64,000 bases of DNA, taken from NCBI RefSeq assembly GCF_964213995.1, contig NW_027590140.1:372001-436000 (forward strand), read 5' to 3'. Below the pieces are notes generated by a model. That model was not told where the DNA came from. It made no database searches and saw only the letters and a program-made list of their open reading frames with translations. Below, one piece after another: positions 1-10,949 of the stretch. Position numbers and translations under genes: made by a program. The DNA comes from Mustelus asterias (lineage: Eukaryota). Numbering within the stretch: the first letter of the stretch is position 1; each line of letters starts with the position of its first letter.

Positions 1-430
1 TTAGTTATGAGGAGAGATTGGGTAAACTGGAGTTGTTCGCACTGGAAAGACGGAGGATGAGGGGTGACCTAATAGAGGTGTATAAAGTTATGAAAGGCAT
101 AGTTAGGGTGAACGGTGGGAAGATTTTTCACAGGTCGGTGGTGACGTTCACGAGGGGTCATAGGTTCAAGGTGAGGGGGGGAGGTTTAACACGGATATCA
201 GAAGGACGTATTTTACACAGAAGGAGGTGGGGCCCTGGAATGCGCTGCTGGGCAAGGTGGTGGAGGCGGACACACTGGGAACGTTTAAGACTTATCTAGA
301 TAGCCACATGAACGGAGTGGGAATGGAGGGATACAAAAGAATGGTCTAGTTTGGACCAGGGAGCGGCGCGGGCTTGGAGGGCCGAAGGGCCTGTTCCTGT
401 GTTGTATTGTTCTTTGTTCTTTGTTCTTTG
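1..430 (+). mobile_element. CR1 LINE 3' fragment (ORF2 C-terminus + 3'UTR + (TTCTTTG)n tail)
   Basis: ORF 18-299 LFALERRRMRGDLIEVYK...TRGH is the CR1 ORF2 C-terminal motif; followed by GGGCCGAAGGGCCTGTT and a microsatellite tail. Confidence 0.93.
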
Positions 431-464
431 GAGCCACATTGAGTTTTGCAAGTTCCACTCAGTA

Positions 465-905
465 ATATAGAAACATAGGAATCAGGAGCTCAAAGAGGCA
501 AATTCAGCCCTTCGAGCCTGCTCCGTCATTCAATCAGATCATGGCTGATCTCTCCCTGGTGTCAAGTCCACTTCCCCATTGTTTCCTTAAAAAGAGGTCA
601 AGTCGACTTCCCCATCTGTTCCTCATTTCCCTTTAAACATTTTTTGAAAAAATCAGAAATATATCTATCTCCTTTTGAAACCATTCAATATTTCAGAACC
701 CACCGCGTTCTGGGGCAGCGAATTCCAGAGACTCACCACTCTGCGAGAACACTCTCTGCGAGAAGTACGACCTCCTCATTTCAGATTTAAATCCACCGCC
801 TCTCAATCTATACCTGCGTCTTCTTGTTCTACATTGCCCCATAGAGGAATCATTTGGTCGACGTGTATTCCATTAGTTCCCTTTAGACTTTTGTACACCT
901 CGATA
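465..905 (-). mobile_element. Old CR1 3' fragment
   Basis: Reverse strand gives the RVV.LWNSL-type motif and a CR1 3'UTR; paralogous to 20620-20910. Confidence 0.7.
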
Positions 906-1085
906 ACTTCAGCAACTTGTGAGACTATTTCACCTCGCTGTCGACTTCATGTCCTGGCAAATACAGTGGGTGTTGTCATTCGCTGAAAGAACCAAGTATG
1001 TCCCATCTAAACAGGATATTCTGAAGGAAATACTTGTCGCTGATGAAAATGATCTGAGATGAAAATAATAAGCAAAGAGATGTAT

Positions 1086-1386
1086 TTTAAAGTTTATTTA
1101 GTCGTGTGACAAGTCGGCTTGCATTAACATTACAATGAAGTTGCTGTGAAAATCCGCTGGTCACCACACTGGACTGCCTGTTTAGGTAATTAGCAGAAGA
1201 ATTAGCATAGCCAATCCAACTACCGTGCGCATCTTTGGACTCTGGGAAGAAACCAGAGCATTCGCAGGAAACCCACACAGAAACACGAAGAACGTGCAGA
1301 CTCCACACAGACAGTGATCCAAGCCAAGAATCGAATGCTTGTCTTTCGCACTGTGAGGTAACAGTACCAAACACTACACCACCGTC
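1086..1386 (-). mobile_element. HE1-type V-SINE
   Basis: Reverse strand carries the V-domain GTCTGTGTGGAGTCTGCACGTTCT...GTGGGTTTCC and a tRNA-derived head. Confidence 0.85.
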
Positions 1387-1456
1387 CCATAGGGTACGTC
1401 AGTTTAAAAATACAGTTCACCCGGTACCTTTGGAGTCCAGTGGTTTGTGTTCAGTA

Positions 1457-1565
1457 CCCCCCCCCCCCCCGCCTCCCCCCCCACCCCCGCACCCGCACCT
1501 CCCACCCCCGCACTCCCCGCCCCCCCCCCCCCCCCGCCTCCCCACCCCCCGCCCCCCACCCCCCG
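1457..1565. repeat. C-rich low-complexity tract
   Basis: About 110 nt, almost all C. Confidence 0.95.
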
Positions 1566-1834
1566 GGTTATGTTTGCTTTCAATTCCCGCTGAGGAAAAG
1601 AAGAATCATTTGCCGTTTCCAATTTTGAGGTTCATGGACAGGGTGAGCGGAAAGCACCTCTTCCCCTTGGCTGCGAAGTTAATCGTTGCTCTCAGCAAAC
1701 GGTTAAAAGTAATCTGATTTAAACTCTAATGTAAAGCAGATCAGCAAAATCAGCAGAGTGAAGTTTGCAAGATTACTTCAGAGCTGAAAATGTCAAGAAC
1801 AAACACAGAAAGAGAAGAACAGTGAGAGAATGCG

Positions 1835-2005
1835 ATGAGGTGGAGCTGCTGGCATTGTGGGGTGGGCACAGAAATAAATCTAATAACTCCAAGTTAAAGT
1901 ACAATAGGTTTATTCGGAATCAATCGCTCAAAGAAGCAGCGCTCCCTCAGCTGGTGATTCCAAATAAACCTGTTGGACTTTCACCTGGTTGTTGTGAGAC
2001 TTCTA
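1835..2005. mobile_element. Decayed inverted Penelope pLTR remnant
   Basis: Contains both AAGT..AA.AGGTTTATT and its inverse CCAAATAAACCTGTTGGACTTT, shared with the Penelope end at 24.5 kb. Confidence 0.7.
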
Positions 2006-2732
2006 AAAGTAATAGATTACAAATCGCTGAGGACAGCGATGGTGAAGCAAGGTAAAATCTGGAAGAGAATGGATCAGATTTCACCGTTTATACTGACACT
2101 GAATTGTAAAACTTTGAAAATTATCTCACTCTGTAATGAACAATATTTGGAAATATTTATGTCCGGTGTCGCACCCTCGGAACCAAACGTGATAACTGCA
2201 GTGGAGCGTTTGTTGTCATTATCTGAACACACTCAATTATGGATGATGACAAAATAACAAATAGAACGTGGATAAATCAAATTGTAAAACACGCTGCAAG
2301 ATGCTTGTCTGGGGGTTAGAGTTTGATACTTTCACTGCTGTTTTAATTGCAGGTCAGAAAATGAAGATTTATTGCTCTCGTCCAAACCGTGAAAATAAAT
2401 ATCGGATATTTCCTGGAAGAACAGAGAAAGCTCAGTCTCGCTTCGTGTCCGTCCTTTCTGAAGTGAAGACCGTGATCAAATTCAACAGGAAGTTTTATTT
2501 TCATTTCGCAGGAGATTGGGAAACAGGCAAGGTTAAGGTAGTTTAAATGGTGCCGACCCTTCACTGCAGCTCATTTTGTTTCAGACTGGAGATGGAATCT
2601 ATTTGTTACACAGTTCAGGATTACCAGATTCAGCGAAGGAGCAGATTCAAGCCTTCTGATGGCCTTTCCCAGCTCCGTTGCTTCTAATGTATTTCAGTAA
2701 CAATAACAGTAAATAACACACTTACCATGTTG

Positions 2733-2917
2733 TTTAGCGTGGCCGAGTGGTCTACGGCGCTGGACATAATACTCTAGTTGCTGCAATCTCTGGGATTGTG
2801 GTCGGTGCAGACTCGATGGGCCAAAGGGCCTCTTTCTGCACTGTAGGGTTCTATGATTCTATGATAATATAGAATCTTCATACTGCAGAAAAGTTTCTTC
2901 GAATCCCATCGTTGACA
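2733..2917 (+). pseudogene. tRNA-Leu pseudogene split by a CR1/SINE 3'-tail insertion
   Basis: 5' half TAGCGTGGCCGAGTGGTCTACGGCGCTGGA and 3' half TTCGAATCCCATCGTTGACA separated by ~120 nt of retroposon tail; paralog of 60528. Confidence 0.7.
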
Positions 2918-3467
2918 GAATTGTTGTTTGCTTTGGCCCTTGCAGCTGAAGATAAACAGCTCAGATTGAATGTAGCAGTGTGGGTGGTGTCGTTCCTGGT
3001 AGGAAAAAAGAGGAGGAACAGTGCCAATTAAACAGTTGTTGGGGTAATGGAGAATGTGTGCAAGGAGTGTAGTTGCTCCTATAGGGGGAACATACGGATA
3101 CACCGGCTGAATGACTGGCTGCCGATATAAGCAACAGTGAGACTGTATTCCCGGCCTAGGGGTTAAGCTCTGGATAAAAGCAAATTACTGCGGATGCTGG
3201 AATCTCTGAAAGTGAGTCATCTGGATTCGAAGCTACAGCTCTTTTCTCTCCTTACAGATGCTACCTGACCTGCTGAGGTTTTCCAACATTTTCTCATTTG
3301 GTTCCAGGGAGAAATGTGATGAATTTAGATTTTCCAAGTGAAGTTCAAATCCTGTCATGTACGCTTCCCATCATTCCTCATTGTGACTATGTTTTTAGGG
3401 AAAGTTATTTGAATTATAGCAATGGGTACGGAGATGATCATCTCATTACCAATGTGTCACATCAGCT

Positions 3468-3531
3468 TCCCTGAGAGCATAGTGACCAGGATTCGGCGCA
3501 GTGGCCCCACGTTCAATTTCCAGTCATGGAG
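3468..3531 (+). pseudogene. tRNA-Glu remnant
   Basis: TCCCTG..AGTG...AGGATTCGGCGC...GTTCAATTTCCAGTCA; anticodon arm deleted. Confidence 0.55.
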
Positions 3532-3789
3532 TCAATCATCTTTTGTTCAATTCTTCATTTATTGAAAACACGACTCACAGAGCCTGTGAAGGGAGAAACA
3601 AGGTTAATCTTCCAGCTGGATGAACTTGTATCAGAGCTGGAAAAATCAAAGGTGTAACATTAACAATAAACTCTGCAGAAGAGTCAGATGATACACACAC
3701 GACGCACATGTCAAATCTTGCCACTTTCAAGTTGCGTCTTTTAACTTGCTTCCCCTGTGACTGAGGGAAGTGCAGTTGACGTAGTTTGT

Positions 3790-4848
3790 TTTGTTTTAGC
3801 AAAGCACTGAGAAGGTCCCACAAGGGAGACTGATTGAGAATATAGAAGCACTTGGAATTCAGGAAACTGGGCGAGATGGATCGGAAAATGTCTTCATAAC
3901 AGGACACATAGGGTAGTGGTAGAAGTCCGTTCGAATTAATGGAGGTTAGAGCACAGTGGCCTACGAGAGGTTTCAGTGCTGAGACGCTTTTTGTTTGTTA
4001 CTTGCATAAATAATACAGACAATAAGTTGAGGGGAATTATAAGAAGTTTGCAGCTGGTACAAAGATTGTTGGCATGGTTAATATTGAAGACGAAAACCCT
4101 ATGTTAAAGGAAGATCTCGATAGGTTGGTCAGATGGAACGAACAGTGGCAGATGGTGTATTAACCAGATAAGTGCGAGGTGATGCACTTTGGGAGAAATA
4201 ATAACACCGGTGACTATTTAATGAATCGCAGGACATTAGGAAGCTCAGAGGAACATGTGGATTTGGAGTACTTATAAACTGATCCCTGAATTTGGCAGAG
4301 TAGCTGAATAGGAGAGCTACGACGGCATAAGGGACACTTGTTTTTATCAGTCGTGGCACAGAATATAAGGGCAAGGAATTAACGTTGGTGTTGTATAGAG
4401 CGGTGGTTAGGCCAGTGCTGGAGTACTGTGCGCAGTTCTGGCCAGCTCACTATAGGAAGGATATGATTGCACTAACAGGGGAACAGAGCAGATTCACCAA
4501 GATTTTTCCTGGGACGGAGCATTTGAGCGAAAAGGGGGAAGTGGATAGGGTTGGATTGTTTTCCTTTGAGCCGAGAAAGCTGAAGGAGTGCGGGGGCTGA
4601 TTGTGGCATATATGTTTGAGGTTCATGGACAGGGTGAAGGGAAAGCGGATCTTCCCCTTTGTTGAGATGTTAATCACGACGGGGCATAGTTTTAAGCTAA
4701 GGGGCTCGAGATTCGGCAGGTATCTTTTTCACGAAGAGGTTGTTGGAATGTGCAGTACAGCGCCTGGGAAGGTATTGGAGGCCGGAAAAATTACAAACTT
4801 TAAAAAGTGTCGGAATGATCACTTGAAAAATAATAGCATTCAAGGATA
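3790..4848 (+). mobile_element. Old degenerate CR1 ORF2 3' region (its tail resumes at 5588-5695)
   Basis: LYRAVVRPVLEYCAQFWPAHYRKD motif, with many stops and frameshifts. Confidence 0.85.
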
Positions 4849-5588
4849 GTGTTGAGTATAGGGCTAACGGGAGGACTTTGAATAGTGTGGAGGAGCAGAG
4901 GGATCTAGGTGTATGTGTGCATAGATCCCTGAAAGTTGGGAATCAAGTAGATAAGGTTGTTAAGAAGGCATATGGTGTCTTGGCGTTTATTGGTAGGGGG
5001 ATTGAATTTAGGAGTCGTAGCGTTATGTTGCAACTGTACACAACTCTGGTGCGGCCGCACTTGGAGTACTGTGTGCAGTTCTGGTCCCCACATTACAGGA
5101 AGGATGTGGAGGCTTTGGAGAGGGTGCAGAGGAGGTTTACCAGGATGTTGCCTGGTATGGAGGGGAGATCCTATGAGGAGAGGCTGAGGGATTTGGGATT
5201 GTTTTCGCTGGAAAGGCGGCGGCTAAGAGGGGATCTTATTGAAACATATAAGATGATTAGAGGTTTAGATAGGGTGGATAGTGATAGCCTTTTTCCTCTG
5301 ATGGAGAAATCCAGCACGAGGGGGCATGGCTTTAAATTGAGGGGGGGTAGTTATAGAACCGATGTCAGGGGTAGGTTCTTTACCCAGAGGGTGGTGAGGG
5401 ATTGGAATGCCCTGCCAGCATCAGTAGTAAATGCGCCTAGTTTGGGGGCGTTTAAGAGATCCGTAGATAGGTTCATGGACGAAAAGAAATTGGTTTAGGT
5501 TGGAGGGTCACAGTTTTTTTTTTAACTGGTCGGTGCAACATCGTGGGCCGAAGGGCCTGTTCTGCGCTGTAATGTTCTATGTTCTATA
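4849..5588 (+). mobile_element. Young 5'-truncated CR1 nested in the older CR1
   Basis: Open ORF 4878-5498 (EQRDLGV...LVRPHLEYCVQFWSP...RGDLIETYK) and a (GTTCTAT)n tail. Confidence 0.95.
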
Positions 5589-6339
5589 TGGGACACGTGC
5601 TAGAAAATGGGATTAGCGCGATGTTGGTGGCAGTTATTGTCGTTGCACACTCGATGGCCAAACCGTCTCTACTGCGCTGTACGACTCTATGACTAAGCAC
5701 AGTTCACAGTGAGGAGAAATGCAACATGTCCTCTGTCAGTGACCAACGCCTCTGCTGATAATCCGACCTATCAAGGAAAAAAAGGCACAACCAAACTGAG
5801 GAGAAACCGTGATAATGCGGGGATTGCGGGAAGGGATTCAAGTAACATAAAGTAAGAGACAAATGAATGGGGAAAGAAGAGCGAAAGAAAATAGGACAGA
5901 GATTAATATATCAAATGTTGAACTCAATTTTGATTTCTCCTGGCTTTAACGTGTCCCCTTTTCATTTGGTAATAAAGTATTACATTTCTCTTTCAGTTCA
6001 GATGAAAGGTCAGAGAGCTGTCACCTGATCATCTGTTTCTCTCTTCACAGGGCCAAGTCTGATCTGCTGGGGACATGAGATTCACAGTTTTACATTCCAG
6101 TCTGGTGTGGATTTTTAATGAGAAGCTCCTTTAATTGAGAAAAATAAATGCATATAGGATTCTGACTTGAAACAACATAAGCTGCACTCGTGAGTGAGAG
6201 AAACATTTTCAGATTTGACGATGTCCGTCAAACCGAGTTTAAAGAGTTAGGACGTTGTATTTGCATATTTTCAATCCACCAGAATTATTCCTGCATCGAG
6301 GGAATTTTACACTATTGAAACCAAAATATTGGTAGCCAT

Positions 6340-7340
6340 TCCAATTTCGGTTCAGTTGCAAACCGACCTCCTTGCACAGGTCCTGCCGTCTCCCAGAACA
6401 GTTCCAGAGCTCTGGAAGTCTGAAGACCTCACTTCTGCACCTATTCTCCAGACGTGTATTCTTCTGAAGTAACCACCTATTTCTACACTCACTGACACGT
6501 GGCACCGGAGTAATCCAGAGATTACGAACTTCTGTTTTTTATTTTTTATTTGATCTACTTCTTGGCTCCCTGAACTCTGCTTGCAGGATTTCCTCGCTTG
6601 TTCCATTATTTAGTTGAAATCAATACTTACCACGGTTTCTGTATGCCATCTCCACCCCCTCCACCCTCCCCTACCCCCTCCACCTTCAGAAAAAGCTGCA
6701 GCCGTTTACTGACATTCTGACCCTGGCACTAGGGAGGCAGCACACCATCCCAGAAATGTTAAGTCTTTTCTCCATAGGATTGAATCCCTCCCTCTATAGC
6801 AATGCCATTTTCCTCCTCCCCTATTGTGCAGCAGACCCATGCATGTTGCCACGACGTTGACTTTCACTGCTTTCCCCGGCACAGTCAGCCTCCCTCCCGC
6901 TCCACCGCGAAAGAATCAGTAGAGCAGTCCCCCTCCCGCTCCCCGCCCCCCCCACCCCCCTCCCCCACCACCCCCACCGCCCCCCCCCCCCCCCGCCGCG
7001 AAAAGAACAGTAGCCAAAACGTTAAAGCTGCCAGATGACCACAGGCCAGTCCTGAACTACCTTCCTTCCTCTACTCCGCCTCGTGGTCACCCATGGGCTT
7101 TCTGCCTTTTCAACCTTCACCTGCGGTGTGGTCACTTTCGGAACGTGTTATCGACGACTTACTCAGCCATGGGGATGCCCACATTGAATCTTCTCAGCCT
7201 CAGCTTCGAAATGTGGTTAGCCAGTTGCTACGTTTGGACACACTCCCTGAACACCTGGTCACTAGTGAAACCTGAAACTTGCACTGTTGCCATATCGAAC
7301 AGTCGTAGGTGCAAGCTCTCCTGCCATGACTACCCTTAAG
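6340..7340 (-). mobile_element. Decayed CR1 ORF1 (SGNH esterase) region
   Basis: Minus-strand translations MVCCLPSARV, VISGLL, PRVSECRNR...GLQLNR align with the ORF1 esterase at 51222-51617. Confidence 0.7.
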
Positions 7341-7391
7341 CCCATCCCTCTAGCCCCCAACCGCTCCAGACCCGCCTCCACCACCTGCCCA

Positions 7392-7425
<34 letters not shown>

Positions 7426-7617
7426 AAGCCGCAACACCGCACCAATTGGCTGCCTGAACACGTCAGAAAAGTTAGCTGGCAATCGCAGTTTGCATGTTGT
7501 GTATGGGATTCATGGTCATGTGTTGGTAAATGCGGTAATAGGACGTATCAAATTAATTGAATGTGCAGCGTACATTTCCATACAGTATAGAATTTGGACG
7601 TAATATCCAGTACAAAC

Positions 7618-7699
7618 ATGCCTTCTGATCCTCATTGTGATTGCTGGCCCAGAACAATATCCGCCAACCTATTACTTTTGCTCAGGATCCTTCAAACGA
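7618..7699 (+). pseudogene. Putative leader (L1) exon of the TCR V segment
   Basis: ATG at 7618 opens MPSDPHCDCWPRTISANLLLLLRILQT and ends at a phase-1 GTGAGT donor (7700) that is in frame with the V exon; ATA at 7657 may be a mutated original start. Confidence 0.65.
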
Positions 7700-8094
7700 G
7701 TGAGTATTTCGGGCGATTATCACCGTTTTATTTCATTGATGTTTTTCCGATTTTCCTCTAATATTTATTCCCCTCATTGGGGAGGTCTGGCTCCTCGAGT
7801 TTTGCCCTTGGACCAATGAATGCCCCGAGTCCATTTAATGGAAAATCAAACTGAACTATCTCAGTCAGAACGGCCGGTCTGGGGGAGGGATTTTGCTTCC
7901 CCGAGAAGGGTAGCCTTGGCTGATGAATATACCCAGAAGAACATTGCAATGTTAATAGTCTGGGGCCAGTTAGCTAAGGAAATAAATCTCTGAACATTCT
8001 CCCATTTTAATTTTTCTCACGGAATGCAGTCCATCGCTAAGTTTCAGTAGATTAGTGAATTTTAGTGAATTAGTGAAGAGCCCGCGTTATTATT

Positions 8095-8410
8095 TGTATA
8101 TCTGTCTAAGTGTGTTTTTTCCGTGTGTGTGTGTGCATGTGTGTCTGTCTGTCAGTCTGTGTATATGTTTTTGGCTGTGTGTCTGCGCGTGCCTGAGTAT
8201 GTACGGATGCCTTTGTTTGTTTGTGTCCCTGCGTTTTGTGAGTTTCTGTGCGTGTCTGTGTGTAACTGCACCTGTTTTTGTCTGTAGGAGGGAACCTATG
8301 TGGCGAAAGAGAGAATATATTTTTGTGATTGTCTGTGACAGACAGAGAGAGAGAGAGAAAATGTGTGTATTTTTGACTGTAAGAGTGTATGCGGTCGAGA
8401 GAGAGAAAAA
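8095..8410. repeat. (TG)n/(AG)n-rich microsatellite in the leader-V intron
   Basis: Degenerate dinucleotide repeats. Confidence 0.85.
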
Positions 8411-8489
8411 TTGTGCTCAAAACGTATTTCATTTTAAATCAAAAACACATCTAAGAGTTATGTTTGTCACATTCTGTTATTTTTTCCAG

Positions 8490-8796
8490 CGCAGAGCCAG
8501 CTGGATAAACTTTTCCAAAACCCCACAGTAGTAGCAGTGATTGAAGGGGGTACTGTAGTGTTGTGCTGTCACTACCCCACCACATACGCCGCAGCTTACC
8601 TATATTGGTACGTAGAGTACTCGGGATAGGCCTTCAGTAGATGCTGGTCAGACATACTGCTGGTAATGAAGAGAACGCGCCTACATTTGGAAAGCGGTAT
8701 TCTGCTGTACAGGATAAAATGAAAACAAACATCCTTTTGAACATCACAGACACTCAGATTTCTGACTCAGCCGTGTATTACTGCGCGGCGATGAAG
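8490..8796 (+). pseudogene. T-cell receptor alpha/delta-type V segment pseudogene
   Basis: Acceptor TTTTTTCCAG, then QSQLDKLFQNPTVVAVIEGGTVVLCCHYPTTYAAAYLYWYVEYSG* / frameshift / *MLVRHTAGNEENAPTFGKRYSAVQDKMKTNILLNITDTQISDSAVYYCAAMK. Has the Ig-V Cys, WY and DSAVYYC motifs; stops at 8627 and 8638. Confidence 0.88.
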
Positions 8797-8835
8797 CACC
8801 ACGTTACACAGAGCCTTAACACTCGTACAAAAACT
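8797..8835 (+). promoter_or_regulatory. Recombination signal sequence, 23-bp spacer
   Basis: CACCACG + exactly 23 nt + ACAAAAACT directly after YYCAAMK. Confidence 0.85.
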
Positions 8836-8974
8836 AACAGTTCCAGGTGATGTGTGACATTACACGCTCTTTCGGAGAATGTGCGCAGACGCGATGGGCC
8901 AATTGGCCATCATTTGCACTGCAGGGATTGCATGCATTCCATGGATCCCTAATTGTCCTGAAAGTAAATGGCTT

Positions 8975-9270
8975 GCTAATGGGTTGAGGGAGTAGTGTAG
9001 AGTCAATCAGGAGTCGCATGTCGGTCAGGTTAAGGAGAGATGGCGATGTCCTCGCCTGACGCCCTGAAGGACATTGCTGAGTAAATTAATTTTCCATGTC
9101 AAACGATGAAAATTCACGATCACCATTATTGATATTAATTTTCAATCACAGACTGTGTTAATTTAGCGTTTACCAGTTTCAAATGTTAGAATTGAATCAA
9201 TTGGTGTGGAAGATTACCGTGGCCCTCTGACTAATGCGCGGAGTGACATTGTCACATGCCCACTGTCTCC
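8975..9270 (-). mobile_element. Decayed tRNA-derived shark SINE
   Basis: GAGTCAA.CA...CCTGAAGGACATT; related to the 14920 element. Confidence 0.5.
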
Positions 9271-10875
9271 TCGATAAGGGAAGTTATTTTCGAGACATTG
9301 CAACAGTGACTGCATTGCGAAAGTACCAGATTGGCTGTCACATGCTTTAGGATAACTCGTGGTGCTGAAATGTATTTGTTTCCAGTTTCCAATTCTCCAA
9401 AATTGATAAGCTTTTAATGATTTATCTGAGGAATTTGCTGCTGATAATGAACACTATAAAGCGCTAAAAGTTTTTCTTCGTCTCGAAAGCTGACGTCACA
9501 CGAAGTGTTGGTGTTTCATATGCCCTGTTAAAACATTTCCCCTTCTCTGTTCTGATTTTGATTCGTCTACTTTATGTTTCAATTGCTTCAAATGGAATTA
9601 GATAATCTGATCATCAGAATGAATTTAGGAGCGGAAATCTGTGGTCTCAGTAGCATTTGCAGTAGCTGAATATTTTTCCATGAATCATCTTCAGCAGAGA
9701 ATTACACATCCTTACACTCGGTCACTGTTTCTATCAGGAGTTACATGGAGATGGGAAACTACCGTTAGAACCGGAAGTGCACATGTATCTGACTGAGGTC
9801 ACTGGGACCGCAACAGCCAATCTCAGGTTATGACAGCAGCGAGAAGCTCCGCCTCCCGACCTCGCTTTATAATAACGTTAGCGGTTAAACTGACAACGGT
9901 GCATTTTTTTTTCCTCAAGGAATCTTCATTCGGGTAAAGGTGACAGAGTGAGCATTTCATTCATTGGAAGACTGATTTTGCAAGTTATGGTCACAGCGAG
10001 GACGTAAGCTAAAAAAAAAACTCTGCTGAACAAGTGCTAACTGAAAGTTTAGCAGAATTGTCCATAAGTCAAACTAGAAACTTATAAATCCCTTTGAATG
10101 TGTGTAATATTAATCCCGGATTCTAAAAATCCTGCATGAACTAAACATTGATGAAAGATCCGTTATTTATAATATATTCCCTGCAAGTTATCAATGTGTG
10201 TCACATTCTGTGTTCGCTATGACGTACATACGACGTCAGTGAACTTCAATATATTGCTGTTAAACAAAAGGAATTCGAGTTTTCAGCAGTGTCAGTGATT
10301 ACTGTGCGTTCACACACACTCAGTGTGTGAATCGCGGCATTGTGCATTGATATCATTGAATGATAAATGTTACTTCCTTCTGAATATCATTATCCCGTTT
10401 GAAATTTCAATCTTTGCAGTTTGTGCATTTGGATCAGTTACTGTCCGATTGTCAGGAGACTGGTGGCTGTACCCTACGCCAAACACAGAATGTCATGACA
10501 TATGAGCGGGAGCAAGAGACACCGAGCCTCAATACTGGTAGAACCAGCGGTGACATATTGTCAGTGTCTGCAGGTTTCTAAGTAAATAGGCGTAAAGACA
10601 AACAACAATGTGGTTATTCGGTATCTGTGCAATGTTTGGAGCGTTTATTACAGGTAATTAATTTGAGTGCAATTTTGAACTAAACGTGAACAGTACTTGG
10701 GGTAAAACGTGAACACTGTGGGGTAAAATAGTAAAATCTACATGTTTAGATTTGTAAACGATACCATAATTTGGTCTTTCTATGTCAGGTTTCGTGAAAA
10801 TTGCATTGGCGTCGAATTTGCAGCCAACACGCCGTCACCCTGATTAAGGATGCCATGTTGATCGTTATTGTGTCA

Positions 10876-10949
10876 GTCGCTGTGGCACAATTGGTTAGCG
10901 CGTTCGGCTATTAACCGGAAGGTTGGTGGTTCGAGTCCATCCAGGGACG
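10876..10949 (+). tRNA. tRNA-Asn body with ATT anticodon (probable pseudogene)
   Basis: Full-length Asn sequence with loop CT-ATT-AA; mismatches in acceptor and D stems; T-tract downstream. Confidence 0.75.

Larger units (their letters stand above)
430..4850. repeat. Older diverged paralog of the 20.6-23.9 kb part of the tRNA-cluster unit
   Basis: Shared blocks in the same order, e.g. CAGTTCACCCG..GGAGTCCAGTGG (1412 vs 21133) and TTAGAGTTTGA.ACTTTCACTGCTG (2316 vs 21746), then Leu and Glu tRNA remnants. Confidence 0.8.

Noticed and set aside
1235-1717. Proline-rich 160-aa ORF
   Set aside because: Chance reading through an antisense SINE and a poly-C tract
8055-8531. Cys/Val-rich 158-aa ORF
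   Set aside because: Translation of the (TG)n microsatellite in the V intron
8560-8570. Extra Cys (LCCHY) suggesting a NAR-TCR supporting V
   Set aside because: The Cys is adjacent to the canonical FR1 Cys rather than in CDR1, and this V appears to have its own leader
9915-9960. J-segment-like reading NLHSGKGDRVSI
   Set aside because: No FGxG in frame, no 12-RSS upstream, no clear splice donor
10714-10720. CACTGTG heptamer at the unit starts (also 28770, 43824)
   Set aside because: No nonamer at 12 or 23 spacing and no D/J coding sequence
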